A stretch of 59,907 nt of DNA from Cyanophora paradoxa CCMP329. Lineage: Eukaryota > Plantae > Glaucophyta. The position numbers were made by a program, and so were the translations under genes. Positions 14,701 through 26,601 of this stretch are shown here, piece by piece (position 1 is the first letter of the stretch; the number at the start of each line of letters is the position of its first letter). A model generated the notes under the pieces. That model was not told the origin of the DNA and made no database searches. It worked only from the letters and a program-made list of their open reading frames with translations. The stretch lies in the NCBI GenBank assembly GCA_004431415.1, contig QPMI01000314.1, forward strand, positions 1 through 59,907, given 5' to 3'.

Positions 14701-17700
14701 CTCAATGCGAACGGGTTCCTGAACGTGATGGCGAACAAGTTCGTGGTGGACATGTCGGGCAACGTGCTGGCGACGGGCGCGGTGGGCATCACGGGCACCG
14801 TCACCTCGACGGGCCTGCTGAACGTGCTGGGGGCGGCGGTGTTCACGTCGCTGGTGAACGCGAACGGCGGCGTGAACGTGATCTCGAACCGCTTCATGGT
14901 GGACACGAGCGGGAACGTGCTGGCGACGGGCATGGTCGGCATCACGGGCACGGTGACGTCGACTGGTCTCCTGAATGTCGTTGGGTCTGCATCGTTCTCC
15001 TCTCTGCTCAACGCGGACGGCGGGATGAATGTCATCTCGAACCGCTTCGTGGTGGACACGAGCGGGAACACGCTGGCGACGGGCGCGGTGGGCATCACGG
15101 GCACCGTCACCTCGACGGGCCTGCTGAACGTGCTGGGGGCGGCGGTGTTCACGTCGCTGGTGAACGCGAACGGCGGCGTGAACGTGATCTCGAACCGCTT
15201 CGTGGTGGACACGAGCGGGAACGCCCTGGCGACGGGCATGGTCGGCATCACGGGCACGGTCACCTCGACGGGCCTGCTCAACGCGAACGGGTTCCTGAAC
15301 GTGATGGCGAACAAGTTCGTGGTGGACATGTCGGGCAACGTGCTGGCGACGGGCGCGGTGGGCATCACGGGCACCGTCACCTCGACGGGCCTGCTGAACG
15401 TGCTGGGGGCGGCGGTGTTCACGTCGCTGGTGAACGCGAACGGCGGCGTGAACGTGATCTCGAACCGCTTCGTGGTGGACACGAGCGGGAACGTGCTGGC
15501 GACGGGCATGGTCGGCATCACCGGCACGGTGACGTCGACTGGTCTCCTGAATGTCGTTGGGTCTGCATCGTTCTCCTCTCTGCTCAACGCGGACGGCGGG
15601 ATAAATGTCATCTCGAACCGCTTCGTGGTGGACACGAGCGGGAACACGCTGGCGACGGGCGCGGTGGGCATCACGGGCACCGTCACCTCGACGGGCCTGC
15701 TGAACGTGCTGGGGGCGGCGGTGTTCACGTCGCTGGTGAACGCGAACGGCGGCGTGAACGTGATCTCGAACCGCTTCGTGGTGGACACGAGCGGGAACGC
15801 CCTGGCGACGGGCATGGTAGGCATCACGGGCACGGTCACCTCGACGGGCCTGCTCAATGCGAACGGGTTCCTGAACGTGATGGCGAACAAGTTCGTGGTG
15901 GACATGTCGGGCAACGTGCTGGCGACGGGCGCGGTGGGCATCACGGGCACCGTCACCTCGACGGGCCTGCTGAACGTGCTGGGGGCGGCGGTGTTCACGT
16001 CGCTGGTGAACGCGAACGGCGGCGTGAACGTGATCTCGAACCGCTTCATGGTGGACACGAGCGGGAACGTGCTGGCGACGGGCATGGTCGGCATCACCGG
16101 CACGGTGACGTCGACTGGTCTCCTGAATGTCGTTGGGTCTGCATCGTTCTCCTCTCTGCTCAACGCGGACGGCGGGATGAATGTCATCTCGAACCGCTTC
16201 GTGGTGGACACGAGCGGGAACACGCTGGCGACGGGCGCGGTGGGCATCACGGGCACCGTCACCTCGACGGGCCTGCTGAACGTGCTGGGGGCGGCGGTGT
16301 TCACGTCGCTGGTGAACGCGAACGGCGGCGTGAACGTGATCTCGAACCGCTTCGTGGTGGACACGAGCGGGAACGCCCTGGCGACGGGCATGGTAGGCAT
16401 CACGGGCACGGTCACCTCGACGGGCCTGCTCAATGCGAACGGGTTCCTGAACGTGATGGCGAACAAGTTCGTGGTGGACATGTCGGGCAACGTGCTGGCG
16501 ACGGGCGCGGTGGGCATCACGGGCACCGTCACCTCGACGGGCCTGCTGAACGTGCTGGGGGCGGCGGTGTTCACGTCGCTGGTGAACGCGAACGGCGGCG
16601 TGAACGTGATCTCGAACCGCTTCATGGTGGACACGAGCGGGAACGTGCTGGCGACGGGCATGGTCGGCATCACCGGCACGGTGACGTCGACTGGTCTCCT
16701 GAATGTCGTTGGGTCTGCATCGTTCTCCTCTCTGCTCAACGCGGACGGCGGGATGAATGTCATCTCGAACCGCTTCGTGGTGGACACGAGCGGGAACACG
16801 CTGGCGACGGGCGCGGTGGGCATCACGGGCACCGTCACCTCGACGGGCCTGCTGAACGTGCTGGGGGCGGCGGTGTTCACGTCGCTGGTGAACGCGAACG
16901 GCGGCGTGAACGTGATCTCGAACCGCTTCATGGTGGACACGAGCGGGAACGTGCTGGCGACGGGCATGGTCGGCATCACCGGCACGGTGACGTCGACTGG
17001 TCTCCTGAATGTCGTTGGGTCTGCATCGTTCTCCTCTCTGCTCAACGCGGACGGCGGGATGAATGTCATCTCGAACCGCTTCGTGGTGGACACGAGCGGG
17101 AACACGCTGGCGACGGGCGCGGTGGGCATCACGGGCACCGTCACCTCGACGGGCCTGCTGAACGTTCTGGGGGCGGCGGTGTTCACGTCGCTGGTGAACG
17201 CGAACGGCGGCGTGAACGTGATCTCGAACCGCTTCGTGGTGGACACGAGCGGGAACGTGCTGGCGACGGGCATGGTCGGCATCACCGGCACGGTCACCTC
17301 AACTGGTCTGCTGAATGTCGTTGGGTCTGCATCGTTCTCTTCTCTGCTCAACGCGGACGGCGGGATGAATGTCATCTCGAACCGCTTCGTGGTGGACACG
17401 AGCGGGAACACGCTGGCGACGGGCATGGTCGGCATCACGGGCACGGTCACCTCGACGGGCCTGCTGAACGTTCTCGGGGAGGCCGCCTTCACGTCTTTGG
17501 TGAACGCGAACGGCGGGCTCAACGTCATGAGCAACAGGTTCGTGGTGGACACGAGCGGGAACGTCCTCACGACGGGGACGATGGGCGTCACGGGCACGGT
17601 CACCTCGACAGGCCTGCTGAACATCTTCGGATCCCTCACCTCAACGGGCTTGTTCACGGCACGCACTGGTCTCTCGGTTACCGGGCCCACTACATTTAGT

Positions 17701-18663
17701 GTCGATGCGTCGACAGCCACCGTCAACCTTGGCACATCCTCGAGTCCGATTCAGTATGTCACAACGGATAACGCAGTCCTTAATCTGCCGGTGACAAAGG
17801 GTTCAACCTTCTTCATCTACGTGAAGAGCGGCACAACTGGTGTGACGATCAACGTGCCGACTACACCCAACACTTTCAGATTCGACGATGGCACGACGAC
17901 CAGTCTGGCAGCGAGCGGAGGCAGCGGGTACCTGTGCTCCATGGTGGACGAGACGACGAATTCGGAGAGATGGTCGTGCCGCCAGCTCGGTACGACGCTG
18001 GAGAAGCTGACGGTGGCCTCTGGCGGCGTAACGGTGACGGGACTCGCCAAGTTCACTGTTAATGCTCGGGCAACTGATATCACACTCGATGAAACATCCA
18101 GTGCGATTCAATACATCACAACGAACGATGTGGACGTCACGCTTCCGGCGTCGATGGGGGCGACGTTCTTCATCTACGTGAAGAGCGGTGTGACAGGCGT
18201 AACAATTAAGGTGCCGACTGCCACCGTGACGAATGCCAAGTTCGACGATGGCACGACGACCAGTCTGGCAGCGAGCGGAGACAGCGGGTACCTGTGCTCC
18301 ATGGTGGACGAGACGACGAATTCGGAGAGATGGTCGTGCCGCCAGCTCGGTACGATGAATGGACGCACCGTATCCAAAGTCAATGCCGTGACGGGCGCGC
18401 TTACGCTCGATGCAACAACACCCAACTCCGTTCATTACTTCACTTCTGTTTTTGCTACCACGCTGACATGCCCGGCTGACGCCTATGTTGGGCTTACCTT
18501 TGAACTTCACTACGGAACCGGGTCCAATACCAGCACGATTGCCACTTCAGGCGGTTCATGCGCCTTCATGTCTGGCGCGGCTCCTTCCGCTGTAGCGGTA
18601 GGAGACGTCGTTCGTTGTGTGTACGTTGCAACGAATGTTTGGTCGTGCAGAAAACTGGCGTAA
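1..18663 (+). CDS. Giant repetitive beta-fibre / phage tail-fibre-like protein (5' end outside window; probably one CDS with assembly frameshifts)
   Basis: The same repeat (TGTVTSTGLLNANGFLNVxxNKFVVDMSGNVLxTGxVGI, 39 aa, plus a 51-aa variant) runs through ORFs 5..3733, 4808..5344, 5361..6458, 6440..8041, 8418..10637 and 10753..18663. The breaks between ORFs are single-base losses in short G/C runs. A non-repetitive C-terminal region ends at TAA 18661-18663. No introns seen. Confidence 0.8.
3058..17630 (+). repeat. Highly homogenised 270-bp (90-aa = 39+51) coding tandem array with interspersed variant cassettes
   Basis: cacctcgacgggcctgctcaa occurs at 3058 and 3328 and recurs at about 270-bp spacing. 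Variant cassettes are NILGGASFSSLLNADGG (e.g. 6690, 7500, 8847, 11275, 12355) and NVVGSASFSSLLNADGGMNV (14128-17370). Confidence 0.95.
17745..18355 (+). repeat. Duplicated ~120-aa C-terminal domain of the giant protein
   Basis: Two copies of IQY.TT...TFFIYVKSG...FDDGTTTSLAASG.SGYLCSMVDETTNSERWSCRQLGT. Nucleotides 17881-17995 and 18241-18355 are near identical (360-bp offset). Confidence 0.9.
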
Positions 18664-18871
18664 TTTTACGTAGAAGCTAGTATTCAGAGATCATAGATAT
18701 ATATTTAGTATATATTTAGTCTTCATGTAACTGTCATAGCTATATCTTTTTTCAATCTGTCTGTGGGTGCTTCGCCCAAGTATGAAATATCAACATCATG
18801 TGCATCTGGCGGGGCGCCGTGCTCGGATTCCCTTCCGACCGCCCGTAAGCTTAGCACACACCGGCCTAGAA

Positions 18872-20771
18872 CTACAAAGCGGGGCGGGCGGGGAGGAGGG
18901 CGCGGGCGTCGCGGTCGGTGATGCCGAGGAGGTAGAGGACGGAGTCCATGTTGCGCTGGTTGATGCGGAAGTTGGCGGCCTCCTGCACCTTGGGCTTCGC
19001 GTTGAAGGCGATCCCCAGCCCCGCCACCGAGAGCATCAGCAGGTCGTTCGCCCCGTCCCCGATCGCGATCGACTGCCCCGCCCGTCGGCCAACTGGGCGG
19101 GAGGGGGGCGGGCCGGGCCCCGGGCCGGACCTGGTCGAGGGAGATGCCCTCCTTCTGGGCGATGAAGCGGAGCAGGTCGGCCTTGCGCTGCGCGTTCACG
19201 ATAGGGCCCACCGTCCGCCCCGTCAGCGTCCGCGTCTTCTCGTCCACCTGCGCGGCCGCGGCCTCAGCGAGGCGGCCGGCGGGGCGGCGGGAGAAGCGGT
19301 GCGCCTCGAGGGTGTTGGCGAAGGCGTAGTCGAAGGAGAGCTCCTTCTTCACGTGCTCCGTGACGGGCGTGAAGCCGCCCGAGATCACTGCCAGCTTGTA
19401 CCCCAGCTGCGCCCCGCTCGGGCCGCCGCGCCGCGCCGCGATGCGGGCGGGGCGGGGCGCACGCTCTTTAGGGCGCGGGCGAAGAAGGGGACGCCCTCCG
19501 TGTAGAGCAGGTTCTTGATCACGTCCTGCGCGCTGCGTCAGGGGGTGCGGGCGGCGCGGGATGCGGGGGCCCCGCGCGCGCGCCTGGAAGACGTCGGCGG
19601 GGATGCCCTTGAGCAGCTTGCAGCGCTCCTCCAGGGACTGTCGCCGCGTGAGGCCGCCGCGGGGCGGGGGCGGGGCGGGGCGGGGCGGGCCTGGTTGAAG
19701 TCGAGCTCGCCGTTCATGGCGCGGTGCGTGATCTCCTGCACCTTCTCGAAGACCCCCGCGTGCTTCGCCAGCTCCTCGATCACCTGCCCCCGCGCCCCCT
19801 CGTTCGTGCGCGCCCGGGGCCGCCGGGGCCGAGGGGACGGGGGCGGGGGCGGGCCTCCTGCTGGATGAGCGTCGAGTCCATGTCCATCACGATCAGCCGC
19901 TTCGAGCGCCGGAAGAGCGTCTCCGGCTGCCCCGCCCCGCCCCGCCCCGTCGGCCCGAGGCAACTCGGAGCGCGGGAGCGCGGGCGGGCGGGGAGGGCGG
20001 GCGCCTGCAGGGCGACGTCGACGGCGTGCTTCTTGCTGAGGGCGAGCAGCGTGCGCTTCACGGCCGGCAGGTCCAGCTCCGGCGCGAACGTGACGCTGAA
20101 CTCGATGCACTGCAGCCGCCGCCGCGGCGCCGAAGACGCCTCCGCCGCGTCCCCCGCTGCGCCCCCCGTCGGCCCCGCCCGCGCCGCCGCGCCGAGCCCG
20201 GCGCACCCTCGCTGAGCATCTGGATCTTGTCGATGTTGACGTTGTGGCTGGCGAGGGTCTCCGTGAGCTCCGCCAGGAACACAGGCGGGATGGCCTCGTT
20301 GATCACGGTGATCGCGTACTGCTTGCCCTGCGCCGCCCGCCCCAGGGTCAGCGGCGGGATGCGATTAGCTGCAGCGCCCGCCGCGGCAAACCTCCGTCAG
20401 CTCCGCGTGGATATCCTTAGCTGGGAGGAGCTTGAAATCCAGCTCGGCGCCGAGCTCCTTCGCCTTGAACAGGAGCTCCTTGATGACCTGACTCGCGCTG
20501 CCGGCGTGCTGGCCCTCGGGGTGCACGACGATGGAGACCGTGTAGGTTTCGTGCACGACGATCTGTTTGATGTCGACGATCCTGCACCCGCTGTCCGCGA
20601 CGACCCTGCAGCTCGCGTCAGGCGGGGGCAAGATTCGAGCGCACGCCGCCCGAACCTCGTGACGACCGCGGGGAGCTCGGGCCTGTTCTTCGCGACAACG
20701 CTCACGATCAGGAACTCGTCCTCGCGCGGGGAGGTCGCGCGCTTCGGGCGCTTGCTCTCGGGCTCCGCCAT
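18872..20771 (-). CDS. serB: Phosphoserine phosphatase, ACT-domain + HAD (SerB type), about 10 introns
   Basis: Spliced motifs RLIVMDMDSTLIQQE|VIEELAKHAG, ITHRAMNGELDFNQ|SLEERCKLLKG, VISGGF, FANTLE, AIGDGANDLLML...GIAFNAKPKV; N-terminal ACT-like segments. Confidence 0.9.
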
Positions 20772-20950
20772 CGCTGTCGCCGCGGGCTCTGATGCGCTGC
20801 TAGCTCACGAAGCTGGAAAGAGCGCTTCGCACGGGCTGCGGGCTGCGAGGCTGCGAGGGCGTCGAGTCAGCGATTCGCCTTCGTACCCCAACCGAAAAAA
20901 ACTCGGGGCTGCCGCCACCGCGAAACGAGGCGGTCCAACCCAGCGCTACC

Positions 20951-22586
20951 ATGCCGCCTGCGAAGGGCCGGCTCAGCGGCGACGGCCCGCGGACGCGCAA
21001 GGCCCGGCTCCAGCAGGAGAAGGAGACCGGGCGGTCGCTCAGCCCGCAGAAGAGGTGCGCTCCTCCGGTGACTGCCTTAAAGCGCTAAGAGTTTGGGCCA
21101 GGTCTTTCGCCCTCTCGCGCGAGCTCCACCCTTTCCTCGGCGGGCCAGTTTCCCCTCCGCCGGCGCTGGACGCTGCCCAGGTGGCCACGCCGCTCGCGTC
21201 TGGGCGAGAAGAGTCTTCTTCTCAGCACAGGCGGCGCTCGGTGTCCACGGACGAGGAGGACGAGGAGGACGAGCAGGGCGGGTCAACGAGCCGCGCCGCG
21301 TCGGCGTCCGAGGATATCATGCTTGCGGCATTGATGGAGCGCTCTGCAAAGCTCGTCGAGCTGAGCGCCGAGCTCGAGACCGTGCGGGAGGAGCTGAAGA
21401 AAGTCAACAAGCTCAACTCGTCCCTCGCCCGCGTCCTTGCAGGTCGTTCCCGCCGCGTGCGGCTGCAGCGCCGCGGCGGCACTCTGACGCGCCGGCAGCG
21501 GAGGCGCCACCGCGGCGGACGGCGTACGCGACGCTGTCGCGCGCGGGGGGCAAGTCGGTGCAGGACGCCTTCGCGTGCCTGGCGCGCCCCGCCCCGCCCC
21601 GCGCGGCGCTCCGCACGCGGGGCGCCTGACCAGCGCGAGCGCGCAGGGCGGGACGTGGACGACACGGGCCACTTCTGCCTCCCGACGACCCGCCGCGCCC
21701 CGGCGTTCATGCCGCGCTCGCCCGTGGCGGCGCCGCCGGCCCGCTGCACGCGTCGCCGAGCCAGCCGTCGGCGCCGGCGATCGCGGCGACGGCGCCGCCG
21801 CCTCTGGCGAGCCCGTCGGGGCTGGGGGCGGAGGGGAGGAGCGGGCGTTCGTGGACCACCTGCTGTGGCTGCTGCGGCGCGGGGACCCCTTCGCCCAGGA
21901 GCGCGACCTCCGCCGGCCCCTCCACGAGAAGCGCGTGCGCGGCGCGCCCCCCTCCGGGGCTGCGGCGGGGCGGGGCCGAGGGCGGGGCGGCAGGCGGCGG
22001 TGGTGGAGCGCGTGCGGGCGCTCCTCGGCGACGACGGCGGCGCCTCCGACGGCTCCGACGGCCTCCGGTCCGCCCCCGACCCCCGCCCCCGCACCCCGTG
22101 CTCCGGCGGGCGACGGGCGGGCAGGGCGTACTGGCTTGCGCCGCGGAAGCTGAGCGGGGCGAGCGAGGGGTCGGCCGGCGACGCGGCCTTCCGCCACGCC
22201 GCCGCGAGGTGCGCCGGGGACCACGCAGGGCGCGGGCAGGCGGGCGCCGACGGGGCCGGGGCGCAGCGGGGCGGCCTCGCCCTCGAGCTCGGGGCCGCCT
22301 CGGGCGCCGGCTCCGGCGGCTCCGCCCGCGCCGCCCCGCCCCCCGCCGCCCCGCCGCGCCCCGCCGGCCAACAACGTGCGGCGCGTGGTGGGGCCGCTGC
22401 CGGGGCCCCCCGCGGGCTCCGGCGGGGGCGGCGGGGCGCGGGGCCGGGGGCGGGGCGGGGCGGGGCGCAGGCGGGCCCCGGGAGGCCCTCCTGCGCATGC
22501 TCGCCGAGGCAGAGGCCGCCGGCGCCGCCGCCGCGGCCCCCCGCGGCCCCGCCGCCCGCGCCGCCCTCCGCCGCAGCGTCTCCTGA
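20951..22586 (+). CDS. Hypothetical coiled-coil protein (multi-exon)
   Basis: ATG at 20951, divergent from serB. Coding-like stretch EDIMLAALMERSAKLVELSAELETVREELKKVNKLNSSLARVLA, intron-like C/G-rich gaps, TGA 22584-22586, and AATAAA just downstream (~22640). Confidence 0.45.
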
Positions 22587-23662
22587 CGCCCCTCCCGAGG
22601 CGCCACCCTGCACGCGCCCACGCCCCTATCGTAGTATTTAATAAAGTTATTGGTCCGACCCTCCACGTCATCCGACCAGGCCCGCTGCGCTCTTTCCTCG
22701 TGTGAAGTATTGAATCTATGGCATATTCAGGTCTTGTAACTCGGTGCGTGTGACCGTGGGCCTGAGGCCGCGGGGCGTTCTGGGCTCCGAGGGCTCAAAG
22801 CGTGCACTTGATTGCTGAAAGGTTACCGTAGTACCGTCACGGCGTAGTACACTTTGACACTTTGTGGCTGGAGCATACGTGGTCCGACGGTCGCCAGCTG
22901 CAGTTCACGGTTGACCCAGTGGCGCGGCGGCCCAGCCCGGCGGCCGCGGCCGCGGCCCCGGGCCCCTCAGGGCCTGGCAGTGTACTGCAGCTGAAGTGGC
23001 AGGCCCTGAGGCCCTGAGCCTCGGAGACTTTAGGGCTCAAAAGCGTGCACTTGAAACCGTGATCATGACGTCGACACCGTGCATGCCACTGCATGGTGGC
23101 ACTGTGCACGTGGCATTCGTGATTGCCACTCTCTGAGTTAACCGTGAACTCAATTTCAAGTTTGAATATTTAATGGCTGGCTTCCGAGAGTTCAAGGCTT
23201 CAAGGCTTCTGCAGCTAGATCGATATCCGATGATCATCAGATGAATTGCGAATTTTCGAAACTTCGAAATTCAAGTTTTGGATCTACGGCGCGGCTATCT
23301 ACGGCTATCATGATCAGGAGTTGGCTTCCAAGTTTGAAGGGTGGCTACAGCGCTGGCTACTGCTATCGAAGTACTAGCACTGCGGGACGTCATATGCATT
23401 GAAGTCAAGGGCCTTCAAATCTGGGACAATTTCATTATTCAGATCTAGAGTCACATTCCGAGTTCTACATAATGTACTGAGAGCGACAGCTGAAATAGAT
23501 ATCATGATCAATCTAGCACTGCATATATACCTCCACATGACTGAAATCGAACCCGAGGACGAAAGAGCCATTAATCCAGTGAGTCATGGGGGCACGTATG
23601 TGCAAAGAAAGGCTTCAACCTTTGCTGAAAGGGCCTATAGCGCAGCCGCGAGCGCGTCTGGC

Positions 23663-26346
23663 TTATAGCGCAGCCGCGAGCGCGTCGGGCCCCGGGGCGG
23701 GGGTGCCCTGGGCGGGGGCAGCGTGATCCTCGGCTGGGGCGGGGGCCGGGGCGGCGGGGTGCGCGTCGGGGGCGGCGGGGTCGGGGCGGGCGGCGAGGGC
23801 GGAGAGGAGGATGAGGCCCTCGGAGAGGCGCGCGGGGCTCGGCGGGCCCTTCCGCTTCCCCAGCGCCCCCCCCACATCCTCCTGCGCCCCCTCCCCATCA
23901 GTTTTGGCGGGGGCGGGCGGGGGGGGGGGGGGGGGGGGGGGGGGGCGGGGCGGGGCGGGCGGGCCTCGTGTGCGGGGTCGAGGCGGGTGCGGGCGGGCGG
24001 GGCTCGCGGTGGCGGTCGGCGTGGCCGTGGCGAAGGCGCTGCTGCAGCTCCCGCACCTCGTCCTGCCCGCCCCGCAGCCTCAGCCGGGAAGGCGCGGGCG
24101 CGGGGCGCGGGCGGGCGGGGCGGGGCGGCCTTGGCGGAGTCGAGCTCGAGGCGGAGGCGGTCGGCGCGGCGGGCCTCGTCGGCGTGGGCCTCGCGCAGCT
24201 GGCGCACCTCCTCCGCCCGCTCCACCAGCCGCTCCTCGAGCTCCCGCCGCCGCCCCTCCGACGCCACCGCCGCCCGGTGCCACCGCTCGATCTCACACGT
24301 GAACGCCGCCACCGACCGCTGCCTGCCGCCCCCGGCCGTGAGTGTGTGCCCCAGAGAGGCGCCCGCCGCGGGGCGCGGCGCGCCTCTCCTGCTCGAGCTG
24401 CGCGATGGCGGTGTCGCCTCCGAGGGCCCCGCGCCCCGCCCGCGGCCCGCTCCGCGCCCCCGCGCCCGCCTCCGCCTCCTCGCGCTCCGCCTTCACCGCC
24501 GCAGCGAAGCCCGGCGCCGCGTCCCCCTCCTGCGCCCGCGCCGGCGCGCTCGAGACGAGGCGGGCGGGGCGGGAAAGGGGGGCGCACGGGGCGGCCGGGG
24601 CCGCGGCGGCGAGGAGCGCCGTCGGCCTTAGCCTCCGGGCGGCGGGCCGCCGCGGGGGCGCCGGTCGGGCGGGGGCGGCGGGGCGGGGCTTCGCGGGGCG
24701 GGCCGAGGCGGCGGCCTCGTCCTCCTCCCCGTCGGGGCCGGAGGCGGCCTCGCGCTCGATCTCGGAGGGGCGGCGCAGGCCTCCTGGCCCCCGTCGCCCT
24801 CCTCCGACCCGCCCTCCGCCCCGCGGCGCCCCGCCGCCTGCGCCTCGGCCCAGCCGCGCACCCGCCGCATCCCCGCCACCGCCGTCGCCCGCCGCGCGTT
24901 CCGCCGCGGGCCCCCCGCCCCTCCCCGGCGGCGCCGGCCGAGGCCGGGGCGGCGGGACGGGCGGGGCGTGGAGGAGGAGGACGAGGCGGAGGAGACGGGG
25001 TGCAGCTCGGGCGGCTCCAGCCCGCCCCCGGCCCCGCCCCCGGCCCCGCCTGTCCCTGCCGCGAGCTCAGCCGCCGTCGCCGGGGGCTGGAGCGCGGGCG
25101 GCACAGGGCGGGGCACCTTGCTTGGGCTGGCGCGCGGCGGCGGGGCCGGCCTCGTCGTCGCGGGCGGAGCCGGGGCCGCCGGCCTCGCTCCCCGACGTCA
25201 GCGCCCGCGGCACCGGCGTCGGCACCGCCGCCTCCACCGGCCCCGCAGGCCCCGCCGCCCCTGCCGCCGGCGTCAAGAGGGGCGCACGCGGCGCGAGGGG
25301 CGGGGCGGGACGAGGCGGGCGGGCCCTTGCGCTTGATCTCCTTGGAGACGCTGCGGACGGGCCGGTCGAGGACGCCGTAGAGGCGCCGCACCGTCCGCCC
25401 GTTCCCCGCCCCGCACTCCCCGCACACCACGATCCGGTACAGCACGTTGTTGTGCTTGAAGGAGACGACGTTGATGGCGAGGGGGATGGAGATCGCCTGC
25501 CCCGCCGGCGGCGACCGGAAGCGCGCGACACGGCCGCACCGCCGCGGCTTGCGCTCGAGCGGGAGGATCTCCTCGCCCTCGCCGTCGTTGCCGCGGCGGC
25601 GCTCGGGCTCGACGATGTGCTCCTCGTATCGCGGCAGCTGCCCCGACGCCGGCGGGCCCGAGAACGGCTCCGTCGCCAGCAGCTGCCCCGCCCGCCGGCC
25701 CCGCCCCGCCCCGTCGGCCCCGCGCGGCGCAGGGCGGAGGGGCAGGCGGGGCGGGGCGCACGAGCTCGAACTCGGGGGGGTCCTCGGGGGCCTCGGGGGC
25801 GTCCCCCGCCCGGTGCACGTCCACCACCACGTCCGAGCACGTGTACACCTGCCGCCCCCCGCCGCGCCTCAGCGCCCCGCCCCCTGGCCCCGTCCGGCCG
25901 CCCGACCGACCTCGTACGCCTCCTGGCCGCCCTGCGCCCCGCACCCCTCGTGAGGGGTCCCGTATCATCGGCCAAGGGAGAGAGGCGAGGAGCGGCGGAG
26001 CGACCGGGGGTGGCCGCGTTTAACTAGGGTCCATCAAATGGCGATATCGACTCTCTAACGCTGGCTCGCGAGCGGCAGAGGATGGCGGGTCTTTACGTAC
26101 GCAATGTTTGTGTTCAGGGCCGAGGATCTTATGCTTGCTTTGCCGGTTGAGCGAGACCCTGAAAATGATCTGCGACCGCGTCGGTACATGCTAATCGCAA
26201 CGCGCAGCTGCCGCCGCAGATCGCGGAGCTTGACAACTTATGACGGGCAACCGCGCGCCCCGACCGGGGCGTCCAGCGCGCGCCGCGGGGAAAAGGCCAG
26301 CGTCAACGGCGTTTAATGAGCGTACCTTCGGCGGGAGCCTCTCCAT
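23663..26346 (-). CDS. Hypothetical protein with C-terminal coiled coil (multi-exon; start uncertain)
   Basis: Exon-like segments MERLPPK|IIFRVSLNRQSKHKILG, VYTCSDVVVDVH, AISIPLAINVVSFKHNNVLYRIVV, RRLYGVLDRPVRSVSKEIKRK and AAFTCEIERWHRAAVASEGRRRELEERLVERAEEVRQL. The 5' exons could not be joined in frame unambiguously. Confidence 0.45.
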
Positions 26347-26601
26347 CCTCGCTTCGCTGGACCGCTCGCCTTACTGCTTCGATTGGATCTCCTCCCGCCT
26401 CCCGCACGTGTTGGAGCTCGCGTGCATTCGCGTGCTCGCGGCTACCTCCCCCCTCCTCTTCACTTCTACCGGTACCGAGCCAGTCGTAGACGAAGCGAAG
26501 GTTCTGAAGGAGCGGGTACCCCCAAAGGCAAGTTTCAACTTGCCAAACCCGCATCCCCGCGCACCGCCGCGCGTCGCCGCGTAATCTTCGAGCGGCGCTG
26601 C

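Noticed and set aside
3058-17630. CRISPR array or non-coding satellite
   Set aside because: There are no unique spacers, unit lengths are multiples of 3, and variation is mostly synonymous or conservative.
61-17735. Very long antisense ORFs (up to 2339 aa) over the repeat array
   Set aside because: They are shadows of repetitive, GC3-biased sense coding and break at the same indels.
23919-23945. 27-nt poly-G run
   Set aside because: It probably lies in a C-rich intron of the minus-strand gene, and homopolymer length is unreliable.
26010-26060. Possible in-frame TGA (selenocysteine) in a minus-strand exon (DIAI*WTLVKRG)
   Set aside because: The exon frame is unresolved, there is no redox motif or SECIS evidence, and the segment may be intronic.
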